Assembly: GCF_041146345.1 (NCBI RefSeq)
Contig: NW_027191404.1
Coordinates: 496,001 to 560,000, forward strand
DNA: 64,000 bases
Source of the DNA: Neodothiora populina
Lineage: Eukaryota
Direction of reading: 5' to 3'
In this document: positions 48,861-59,363 of the stretch, one piece after another
How the letters are laid out: each line of letters opens with the position of its first letter
How positions within the stretch are numbered: the first letter of the stretch is position 1
Notes under the pieces: model-generated
What the model was told of the DNA's origin: nothing
What the model saw: the letters and a program-made list of their open reading frames with translations, nothing else
The model's database searches: none
Program-made: the position numbers and the translations under genes

Positions 48861-49495
48861 TCTTGAGGCGGCTTCTTCGGATATGTCTCGCCACTATTTT
48901 GTTTTCTACCGGATTTACACCTGTCTTGCATCTTCGCTTTATTGCTGCTGCTGTCGACGTCCTGCATCTATCACGCCAAAGCCTCTGAGTGACAGTCCAA
49001 TGTCTTTGAATCTGCCTAAATATGATCGAAGCTCTCCTTCTCTCAATCAAATCCTGCATATTCGGCTCTTGCGGCATCTGGAGTCTAGATTTCTGCCGAC
49101 CTGTTTTTCACTAGTTGCTGTTTTGTTACAGTCCCATGTCGGCTGGTCGTCCAAAACCACGGGATGGACAGTGTGCGTCTCCTAGCGGAAGAAGTAGGGT
49201 CGGTCTGCCAGTCGGTCGTGTGGACCACCCGAGCGGAGCGACCCTTTGCAACGACAAGGCCCGGTTTAGTGTCTGTTACATTCTATTTTCCGCACCGACG
49301 ACACCAATGTCCGCGCCGAGGCCTACCTGCAGACCTTTCCCCCCTTGTTGCTGCAAGAAGCACCAGAGGTGTGTCTTTTGTCCCTCGGTTTACCCTTCGG
49401 TCTCGCCCAGTGAATGTGCTGCTGCTTGTGCGCCGTCGTCGACCACGACCTAGAAAAGGTCAGAGGGCCAGAATGTCTCAAACTACTGTACTGTA

Positions 49496-49887
49496 GCAGA
49501 AGGTGAGTCGTTGCAAAGCTCCGTTATGCCCGCAATATCCCTCGCTCGCTCACAATGTCACTGTTCCACCGCCACCCATGTTGCCCTGTGCCTGGCTATC
49601 CCATGTCTGTGCCCGTGCAACTAGTCTCCCTTTCTTTCCCTTTCTGCTTGTTACATGGCCCCGGGGATTTCTCTGCTGCTCCAGATCTCTGCTTCTCTTC
49701 TATGTGGGGTCCCCATTGTCCCCGCTCCAATGCTTGACCTTCTCTGACACATGGCGCTTCGCGCATGATGGTCATGACGGATGCGGAGGAGGGCGACTGT
49801 CGTATGGAGGTGGAACTGGAGGGTGAGGGTCGGCAGTGTCTATATTGTGGCTGCCGGGGCTATTGTACTGCTTGATGCCACTTCTGT
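49496..49887 (+). ncRNA. Candidate rod-shaped structured RNA (may extend to about 49290-49960)
   Basis: Six nested 8-12 bp helices with G-U pairs on the + strand; no credible ORF. Confidence 0.45.
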
Positions 49888-50104
49888 CGACACGATAGAA
49901 TGATTGATTGCTCTCGGTTTGTTTCCCTAAGTAAGGAAGGAAGGAAGGTCGGGGTGCCCCTGCTGCTATATCGTCTCTCTTAGTTCTAGATCACACTTTG
50001 TTGTACACGAGCCAGATGAGCGCAATCGCGAGTACTCTCATACAGATCTCTGAAATGTTGCTTCTATTCATATATATATCTTCCCTTTCGCCCCCTCGAC
50101 CGCT

Positions 50105-50878
50105 TGCCGACACCGCATACTTCCTCCTATCTCCCAACTACCCATGAACCACACCAAACCGACCGCCAAGCGACGACCGAGGCAGACGGAAAGATGAGAA
50201 AAGTAAATCCAGAGGGAAAAGTGTGGGAAGGAACGGACGAACGGACGATGCATTGCCCTTTCTGTGCCAAGTTCTGCTGCTCTCGGTCACGGTCACGTTG
50301 ACCCGAACCATGGGAAGAGAGAAAGTCGTATTAATTCCAGGCCGGGGAGGTTGGAACGTCCATTACTTCGTGCGTGTATCCAGTACATAAGGTGTGCTCG
50401 CATCCTAGTCAATTCCGTCATAAGGCACGAAAGGAAATCGATGTACGCAGTACAACACCAAGGAATGGACATAAGTGATGTAAGGCAAAGTACAAGGATG
50501 AAATGGATGCAGAAAAGGCAAGAACGAAACGATGCAGAAAGGCAGAGAAGGAAGAGAGAGAGAGAGGAGAGAATGTCGGGAAGAAGAGAGCAAAGAGGAA
50601 AGTTATTTTGAGAGCGACTAGGATACACTCAAAAGGGAACATATTAAAAAAGAGAAGCAAAGAAGAGTGCAGTGGGAAAAAGAAGAGAAGAGGAGGAAGA
50701 AAGTTCACCAGCGAGAAGGGTGAATTAGAGGACACACATAGATACATACCTACCTACCTAGTTATCAATCCACAAAGAGATCGGAAACAACAGAGAAAAC
50801 CAGAGACTGGCTGCTGTGATTTGTGCGAACCATCTCCAATAAGACAGAAGAGTGAGGAAGACGCAAGAAGTGTTGACA
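50105..50878 (-). ncRNA. Candidate structured RNA or long 3' UTR, convergent with the 49.5-kb element
   Basis: Nested end-to-end helices whose mismatches are A-C on + and therefore G-U on -; pyrimidine-rich interior on the - strand. Confidence 0.3.
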
Positions 50879-51322
50879 TAAAATGCTTAGGATTTGCTTC
50901 TTCTCTTTTTCGCCAATCATGTCTCTCACGTCAGTAGGACAGGATGTGTCTGGGGTTGTATCATCTCCTAACGCCGTCAAGTCCAGAAAATGACAGTGAA
51001 TAGCACAGGCAGAGAAACATGGAAGATGGCCAGATCTCACAACAGCATGCATGATCCCAAAGGACAGAGTGCTGACATACAGTCTTCGAAAGCTCCTGGA
51101 CTGGGATTTTGTTCTGGGGAAAGGTTCAGCAGCCAAACAGACTTCCTCGACCTCACGTAGAAAAGAGGAAAAGTACTGTAGCTACCGCCTGAGTTGGATT
51201 TAGGTGTGGTTCTGTATACATTAAAACAAAGCCTGTTGCCATGTTCTTCAATTGTCTTCTTCTTGTTTATTCTTCGTATGCATATATAAACATACAGTCC
51301 TCGGCCTGTATTGGCCGCCATG

Positions 51323-51395
51323 AAAGCGAATGTGGGGTATCTTCTGAGTTAGTCGTAAAGCGAATGTGGGTATCCTTTTGGGTGTCGTGAAGCGA
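51323..51395. repeat. Imperfect ~33-bp tandem repeat (2 copies plus a partial third)
   Basis: AAAGCGAATGTGGG(G)TATC...GTCGT twice, then GAAGCGA. Confidence 0.8.
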
Positions 51396-51614
51396 GAGTC
51401 GTGCGGCTTAATATCGTTATGAGCCATGAGTGAGTAAAACAGCAGAAAAGCAAGAGATTAGAAAAGCACCAGTTCTTTTCTTTCAGGTGCTACGCCATGC
51501 CGATGCAGATGCAAATGCGAGAGAAAAACAACGCGTCATCATCATCGAAAGATGAGAGAAATAGTAATACAAGTCGTGAATGTAATGGATGGAGCGCGTC
51601 GGACGCAAAGCTGT

Positions 51615-52268
51615 TTACTCGATGTTGTGAGCAACGAGTTCGACATCGGCACAAGACTCATAGTCAGTCTCGGCAGCAACGACACTTCTCCAGAGCAATT
51701 GGTACTGGGGGCCGACGGTAAAGTAAGGCGCGGTACCGTTGACGTGACAGAGAGCAAAGGTCACAAAGTCAGAGGTCTTGTTGCTGGGTGTGTTGTATTC
51801 GAGGACGGCAGTCGACTTGTTCGATGGCAGGAATGAAAAGCCAGGAGTGCTGCCGCGGTAGCTCAGGTCGATGTAGTCATAGCCGTCAGGCGCGGAAGAC
51901 ATGGTGGGTGCTTGGTCGAGGAGAGTGAGGTTGAAGGGAGGGAGGTTGCCAATGGGTTGCTGGAGGTCGCTTGTGTTGGAGATGACTGTGTTTTTGTAAT
52001 AAGTACGCGGTGTAGGTGAAGAGCGACAGAACAAAGACTTACCCCAACCGATGGAGCGACTGGCGTTTCTTGTACCGACAACTGTCTGTCTGGAGGCGCC
52101 GACGTGGAAAGCGGTCAAGAAGAAGTTGTTGAAGTCCTCGGGTCCCTTGACGACTTCAGTATGCAGGGTGAATGGCTTGCTAGAGTCAAAGGTGCAGTTG
52201 CCTGCGGCTGCTAGAGGAGCGACAGCGAGCGCAGCGAAGGCGGCGATGAATGACTTTGTGGAAACCAT
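51615..52268 (-). CDS. Small secreted protein (possibly DUF7907-like); probable intron 52042-51986
   Basis: Signal peptide MVSTKSFIAAFAALAVAPLAAA, LTAFHVGAS motif, C-terminal CADVELV and many N-glycosylation sites; 57-nt GTAAGT...CAG intron. Confidence 0.8.
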   Translation of the reverse strand: MVSTKSFIAAFAALAVAPLAAAGNCTFDSSKPFTLHTEVVKGPEDFNNFFLTAFHVGASRQTVVGTRNASRSIGWGKSLFCRSSPTPRTYYKNTVISNTSDLQQPIGNLPPFNLTLLDQAPTMSSAPDGYDYIDLSYRGSTPGFSFLPSNKSTAVLEYNTPSNKTSDFVTFALCHVNGTAPYFTVGPQYQLLWRSVVAAETDYESCADVELVAHNIE

Positions 52269-53927
52269 GATTGTGTTGTGGGTGAGAGGGTGCTATGATG
52301 AGATTCGTATTGATGACAGTAGTAGTAGTGGTGGTTATGAGAGTGGTGTTATTGCAGAGTAGGAAACAGTGAAACAGAAAGGTAGATAGGGCAGTCTTAA
52401 GGAAAAGCAGATAGAGGATTAATCGTCTTTGGGGTAATTATAAAGTGTAGATCAAGTGGGTAGATGTTCTAGACTAACATGGCACTACTGCACTTACTTC
52501 TGTACTGCGTCTACCGTGGCTGGAGTTTTGCATGTCACGGTACAGAAACATGTGTCATGCACATACCTCTGCCTCTACCACAACTCCTGTGCAGACACAT
52601 GCATGCACCCCGGGCGGGCAAGCAAGCAAGGTTTCCTTAGCTGCGCACATCGTATTGTGTATGCGTGATGATGCCTTGTGCACATCCGCTTTTCTCTCAA
52701 CCTTTCGTCGATAAGGTCCACTTCAAGGAAGACGAAGAGACTTGGCCTTCCAACTCAAGAACTGCACTGCAAGGACTGCATCTACAGTATTCCTGATCGA
52801 GATACAGTAGAGAAAAATAGGCCCACAAACAGTCGCATCTAGTGTTACAGAAGCCAACAGAAAGAAAAAGAGGTCACGGCAGCAACGCCCGGCTTGGCAG
52901 GTACAGGTGAGGTGCAACGCGAATGACGTGAAGGTCGTTGGGTCTATCTGAAGATACCAGTATATCGCGAGCGACCTTCGATTCACAAGTACCGCCGAGG
53001 CAAAACGAGTGTATAACAACGGTGCGGATGACATTAAAAAGCCCACGAAAAATGCAGCATTCTTTGTTTCGACACAACAGACTTCTCTGTCCCTGAGACA
53101 TGAAATACGAGGGCAGACAGACAAGAGCAAAGAGGCAGGGCAAGAAGGCTGGGAGGGTGAGGTAAAAGCCCAGCCAACTCTCACCTCCACCGAAAAGCAA
53201 AGCAAAGCCAGGTACCTGCCTTCATACAGCTTCGGAGGATTTCAGTTTAGTGCTACTGTACGAAGTGATCGACAGGGCCGATTGCCGGTGTTTTTCTTGG
53301 CTTGCTGGCTAAGCTGGTTGATTGGTTACCCCTGTAAACCCACTTCTTCACACACCGACCTCGACTGGACTGTAGATCGATTCTTCGAGGCTGTCTGAGG
53401 TGGTGCTCACTTTATTGCTCCCAGGCGTATCCTGTTGCTGTCAAAGCCCTCGGTCTTCGTCGATTACACCCAAGGCATTCAACCGAGTTTGTTCTTTGTC
53501 TTCAGTACTGTATATCTAACGGGCTTGGGTTTGGCGTGCCACCGTTTGTGTTGCGGTGAGACGGTTTTCTGGTTGCTGTCATCGTGCATGAAACATCACT
53601 GACTGCGCGGGCATGTCTACAGAAGTGGGGAAGGACGTAACGTGATATGACGCTTCAATGTCAGATCAGACGATGAGATGTAGTAGCACAGTAGTAATGT
53701 TTGGATGAGATGGGGAAGGCGAGGTGATTGAGTGAGGTGATTAGAGGATCGATAGTATAAGGTAGACATCGGGAGTGGGCATTATGGCGAATAAACCTCT
53801 TTGGTTACAAAAGAATATGTTTGGAGATCATCTCATGCACGTCAAGAGGGATTCGAGCTGCGAATTGATGATTGTTGTCGACAGAACAGAGTCAATATGC
53901 TTGTCAGTCGCTCCAGACCTTCATCAG

Positions 53928-54020
53928 TCTTCCGTGGCGCAATTGGCTAGCGCGTTCGACTGTTAGTCCTACAAACAAGCTGCAATCGAGAGGTTCCTAG
54001 TTCAAGCCTAGGCGGGAGAG
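53928..54020 (+). tRNA. tRNA-Asn(GTT) with a 19-nt intron (53966-53984)
   Basis: Acceptor TCTTCCG/CGGGAGA plus G73, D-arm GCGC/GCGC, anticodon CTGTTA with the intron at the canonical 37/38 position, T-arm CCTAG-TTCAAGC-CTAGG and a T8 terminator. Confidence 0.93.
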
Positions 54021-54372
54021 CCACTTTTTTTGCCTCTAGTTTCTTTTTTTGTACCTATCTCTACTATTTTACTCTCGCATCTTTATTTTTGGCGACTGCT
54101 ACAGATTGGCTAATGAACCTGACTGGAATTGGGGGTGTATTTGGTGTTATTGTTTTGTTTGGTATCTCTGGCTGCGCTGATGTAACATGCTGTTTCTTTT
54201 CGTCCAATACTGTCTACCTGGGTCTCAATGGCCTCATGTGTTGCGGACACAATTACACGATTGACCTTTAGTCTGTCAAGCGCATGCTGCTGCTGTTTTT
54301 CTCCTCCCGGACTTCCAGAATGATTATTTGCATTTTTTTTTTTTTGATTACTTTCTCTTCTTTGGGATTCCC

Positions 54373-55460
54373 CTACTGCGGAGGCTGGTACGGCTTGACG
54401 AGCATCTCACTGAACTTCTCCAGCTTCTCCTTGCCTCTGACCTCCTCGACCAGCAAGGGCATCTTGACGACGTTGAACTCCTCGTACAACTCCTCGATCT
54501 GCTCGAGGTACTTCTTCTGCATCTTTCTGCGCGCGTTGCATTGCTCGCAAGGGTTGTCTTGCTTGGGGAAAAGCAATTGGTTGACGACGATGCTGTGGGT
54601 GTCGATCTCGTAGCTCCCTAGCTCTTGGATCATGCGCTCCGTCTCGTACAGCGAAAGGAACTCGGGAATGCAGACACAGACGAACGTGGTCAGGTCTGCG
54701 TCTTTGAACTGCGTGTTGACTTCGCCAATTGTGGCGCGTAGATCCTCCATCTTCTCCATCATGTCGTCCAGGCTCTGACCATTGGGGAGACCGCCGCGTG
54801 CGCCCAACACCGAGTTGAGCATGGGGCCGAACTGGCCGGAGAGCTGGGAGATTTTGCCCAGCGCCTTTTCGAGGACGGTGGGGAACTGGAGGAAGCGCAG
54901 AGTGTGACCTGTGGGTGCCGTATCGAAGATGATGACCTCATAACTCAGGGACTTGACCTGCTTCAGGACTTCGGCAAAGGACATGGCCTCGTCCACACCG
55001 GGGATCTATGGCCGATTGTAAATAACAAAGGTGGGAATTGCAGTATACAATGGCTTACGCTGAAGGCGAGGTCCTGCATCATTCCACCCATGCCTCCCAT
55101 GCCCGACATCATGTCATTGCTGCCATCATCGTTCTGGCCCGCATTCAGCATCTCGGTGATGCTTCCGTTCGGATCGATTTCCATGGCAGACAGGTTGTCG
55201 AATCCGTTCACCAGTCGCGCGTCCTTGCCGAATTTCTGGTTGAATGCATCCGAGAGGTTGTGCGCGGGGTCTGTGGAGATGAGCAGGACGCTCTTGCGGT
55301 GTTTTGCGAGTTGGATGGCGAGAGAGCAGGAAGTCGTCGTTTTGCCGACACCGCCCTTGCCGCCGACGAAGATCCATCGCAGCGACTTTTGGTCGAGGAT
55401 GGACTGCAGGGAGGGCTCCATGACCTCGTCGTCCGTGTTGACTAACGTTGTCGTGGACAT
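54373..55460 (-). CDS. GET3: GET3/ArsA-family ATPase for tail-anchored protein insertion; intron 55058-55006
   Basis: [48 protein letters not shown] and CxxC. Confidence 0.97.
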
Positions 55461-56369
55461 GTTGGATATAGTGTTAGATGTCTCCAGGAACTCGGTCAGT
55501 AGGGACTGATAGTATTCCAATAGTGCATATAAAGTCGTATAAAGCTGAGGCAGGTAGATAAATGTGACAGAAATGGCAACCTAAAGTTGGAAAGAGATGG
55601 AAAGCGGGACACCTTTCGCTGAATCAAAGCGCGGGGGTGGAGGAGCGTCATTGCGATCACAAGAGAGCGGGATATCTTGGCGCATCTACTTGATGTACAG
55701 TAAATGTTCACATTATACTCTGAACCAGAATGAAGGAATCGAAGAATAGAAAAGGTGGTTGAGGATGTATGCCATCTCTTGGTAATTTCATGATATACTT
55801 TTTACGCGCCATCTCAGCAGAACAGAGCTGTATACGGCAAACCGCGTCCACGAGGGCGTCCAATGGGGGCGTCCAGTACCAATAATCCAATATCTCTGGA
55901 CACCGGTTTGCTCGGGCAAGGTCGGACATGTAGCTCATGCCGCATGAGCAATTCAACTTATGAGTCGCGAGGCTATGCGTGTGTGCACTTCTAGCGCTTC
56001 CTGATATTCTTCTGTTGTCCTGCTCCCCCGACACAAAATGCTCGTCGGTCGACAAAAACTGTCTGTCGGTTGTGCACCAAGCTTCGAGCCTCGGAAGGTA
56101 GCAACTTCCACTATCTGGCCAATGACAGACGAATGCCAGCATCCTCTTCCAGGGCCACAACGTGATCGCCTCGGTGTGACAGGAGCCATGTCCTTCGCTC
56201 TGAATGTCGCGGCTCCCAAAACCGTGGCGACCCGGTGCAGACGGGAGGTTGATGCTCTCTTTACAAACATGCTTTCATATCTCGCCAAAACTCCAGCATT
56301 GATTTGTATGGGGGTCGATATTTCTCAGTGACTCGCCAATCTTTCAATCCGTACTCCATCCCCTCCCAT

Positions 56370-57983
56370 TCACGCGCCAGTGACCAACATGTCGAGCATG
56401 CCCTGAGTAGCCTGTGCTTGCTGTGCTTGCTCGGAGCAATGCCTGACGCGGCGCTGCAGCTGTGTGAAGAGGTTGTCAATGTCGGGAGACTCGCCAAAGT
56501 GCTCTGCATAGATGTCAAGAAGCAGAAGAGTGACTTCGCTGGTGATGTTGATGTGGCGAGGGTGGCCGATATACTTGACCAGCCACTTCATGACCGGTAG
56601 CAGAGAGGTCTCGTCACGTCCCTTGAGCGCGGTGCGGAGCGCTGATCGGTGTCGCAGTGCGGTGAGCAGAGTGAGGACGTTGGGGTTGTAGAAGTTCTGG
56701 GCGTTGAAGACAAGATCGAGCGCCAAGGCATACTGTCCCTTTCTCAGAGCAGTCTCCCACTTGGACTGGTTTCTGATAGTGCCTCTGGCATTGCCGTCGA
56801 TGACAATGTCAGCGCCCTCGCCGGTGAAGTCTCGGCCGCGCAGCTTCTTCTTGTCGCCCTGTCGGAGCTTCTTGTTCCTCTTGCGGTCGTACTCTTCGAT
56901 GGTGCCCTCGACCAAAGCCTTCATCTCTCTCTCCTTCTCCTTTGCCTGAACCTTCTGCTGGCCGGAGAGACGGGTTCGGACAGACAGCAGACCAGACTGC
57001 ATACCGACTGCAAGATGACGGTCTTCTCTGCTTGTGCCAGCGCCGACGACGCTCAGCGACAAGACCGGACTCGGGAACTTGAACGCAGCCACGACATTCC
57101 AGCCCGTCGTCTCGAAGACCTTGACGTGTCCGTCCAAGCCACCACTGAGCACTCTGGTGGCATTCGAAGCCAAGCAGAGAGAAGTGACAGTCTTCTGGTG
57201 GTTCTTGATGAGCTCGAGCGGCTTTCCAGCCACGAGATCCAGCACGCTGATCTGATTGTCGGCACTGGCCAAGAGCTGAGTGCCCGAGGGCATGGGAAGC
57301 ACACTCTCGATGGCAGCGGCGTGCTTGAAGGTCATGACGGCCCTGCTGGGTGTTCTCGGATCCCACAGACGCACCGTCTGATCGTAACTGCCACTGACCA
57401 GCAGATTGCTGTTCTGGCCGGGCATGAAAGCGCCACTCCTCACGTAGTCCTGATGTCCGGCAAACGTCACCGTGCTCTTCTCGCTGGGTAAGTCCCACAA
57501 GCGCACCGTGGTGTCGTCGCTGCAGCTCATCACCGTCGTCAACTCGACGGGGCTCCACCTCGTCACCCAGACGGGCTGTTTGTGTTCCTTCCACGTCTTG
57601 AGGATGGCGCGCGAGCCCGTGTCGAATGCCTGGATCGCTCCACTGTCGCCGCCGGCGATGAGCACTCGTCCGTCTCTTCTGATCTCGCCCGAGTGTGCCA
57701 CATCGTCGTAGCCGAATCTCGTGATGGTCTTGAGAAGTTTTCGCGTTTTCGTCGAGAAAATCTGCACGCGGCTGCCCGACGTCACGGCGAAGGTATCCGA
57801 GGGAGGAGTCGCCAGCGGATTCGACGGTAGTCCGGGGAAAGAGATGTGAGTGATTGGGTTTGAGTTGGGCGATGGCACGAGTTGCTGGTTCTTGAAACCT
57901 CGCCAGTATCTCTGGTCGGCCGTCAGAGGCGTCGGCCCAGCGGCCAATTTGATCGGCTGTAAGGCCTGTACTTCTGCTGCCAT
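56370..57983 (-). CDS. UTP15: U3 snoRNP/SSU processome WD40 protein Utp15
   Basis: DQRYWRGFK, WD40 repeats (GHQDYVRSG, SGSYDQTVRLWD, NHQKTVTSL) and the Utp15 C-terminal domain (LRHRSALRTALKGRDE). Confidence 0.93.
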   Translation of the reverse strand: MAAEVQALQPIKLAAGPTPLTADQRYWRGFKNQQLVPSPNSNPITHISFPGLPSNPLATPPSDTFAVTSGSRVQIFSTKTRKLLKTITRFGYDDVAHSGEIRRDGRVLIAGGDSGAIQAFDTGSRAILKTWKEHKQPVWVTRWSPVELTTVMSCSDDTTVRLWDLPSEKSTVTFAGHQDYVRSGAFMPGQNSNLLVSGSYDQTVRLWDPRTPSRAVMTFKHAAAIESVLPMPSGTQLLASADNQISVLDLVAGKPLELIKNHQKTVTSLCLASNATRVLSGGLDGHVKVFETTGWNVVAAFKFPSPVLSLSVVGAGTSREDRHLAVGMQSGLLSVRTRLSGQQKVQAKEKEREMKALVEGTIEEYDRKRNKKLRQGDKKKLRGRDFTGEGADIVIDGNARGTIRNQSKWETALRKGQYALALDLVFNAQNFYNPNVLTLLTALRHRSALRTALKGRDETSLLPVMKWLVKYIGHPRHINITSEVTLLLLDIYAEHFGESPDIDNLFTQLQRRVRHCSEQAQQAQATQGMLDMLVTGA

Positions 57984-58349
57984 GGCTGATGTGAATTTGT
58001 TGTTTTTTCCGATCAGTGACAGGCGTGAAACACAGAAAAACAATCCAGGGTCTCGAGGATTAATATTTCACGAGAGACAAAAGACAATGATTATTCTTTG
58101 CCAAGACGCGCAACGCGGAGCGGAGGAGGAGGAGGATTTCCATTTCCGTCATTCTTTTCTTTCCGCTGCTCACGCCACCTCCTCCGAAACCATAACCCCA
58201 CTGTATCTCCGCCCTGTCCTTGATTGACCCTGAAAGAACTAACACTCTACTACCTTATCTTGTTCCAAACAAGTATACACCGTAGCACTCCCCCCACAAC
58301 CAACATCCAGGTTGAACCCCATCAACCCATAGAAACCACGTGAACCCAT

Positions 58350-58653
58350 ATGAGCCAGATATCTCCAGCCTCAACCTCCCCCTGCACACCCACCTCCAGC
58401 ACCTCCTGCACACCCGCGCCTACCCCAAAACCATCTGCCCCTCCGAAGTCGCGCGCGCCCTATCGGCAAGCGAACTACGCGCCGGAAACACGCACTCCTG
58501 GCGAGACCTGATGCCTCGAGTACGCGAGATCGTATGGGAGATGAGGGCGAGGGGGAGGTGGAGGTTTTGCAGGGGGGCGAGGTTGTCGCGGCCGAGGAGT
58601 TGGGGGATGTTAACGGGCCGATTCGAGTGAGGAGGGTCGTTGGGGGTTCGTAG
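58350..58653 (+). pseudogene. DUF3253 small winged-helix protein, broken by two -1 frameshifts (or homopolymer sequencing errors)
   Basis: PKTICPSEVARAL...WRDLMPRVRE in one frame and GEVEVLQGGEV...GPIRVRR in the next; the only nearby ATG is in a third frame. Confidence 0.75.
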
Positions 58654-59363
58654 AGAGTGGGCCGTGGGTTTGTTTTTGTTTTCTGTTCTTTGCTGGTTTC
58701 TTTCTCTTGCTTGCTTGGGGGTTCGTGAGAGGGCGGGAATCAGTCTCGTGGTTGGGACAGGGTCGCCCTCGTCCCTCGGCGCTGCTTGTGGGGCCTGTGT
58801 TGTGATATCACGTCCTGTCGGCTGCAAGTCGAGAAGCCATCTATGGTAGTCAAGGGCATATGATTCATGGTCATTGCTTGCTCGAGGGCAGTCAGATGTA
58901 TCTAATCCTCCATTATTCGTCTGTCTCGACTACTACCAGCAATCGTGTTAGATACAATATTGCTTTGCACACCCCCTGCCTTCGGACACGAGAGATAGAG
59001 AGAGATGACGAGGTAACGTTGGAGAGGTTTGATCGCACACAACGACACAAAAAGGCAATTACTTGTGTCTAATTATTTCACAGTCTTTGTCATTCTTTTA
59101 TTCCCAATCTTTCCCCTTTATCGAACCCTGCCGTCGTAATTATCAGATGCCTTTATCCCTATGCCTATGATTATTGATCAAGTGCCTGTTCCCCCGCCCC
59201 GCCGCCGGACCCCTCTATAGGTAGTATGATACAGAAGATAATACAGTGAAATGCGTAACAGAAAAGACCAGCGCCGAAAGCTCTGCGTTGATCGGAAAGA
59301 AAATATTTCCCATCCATTGTTTTACTTATTTTCTTCTTCTCTCCTCTTGCCTCATATCTCGGA

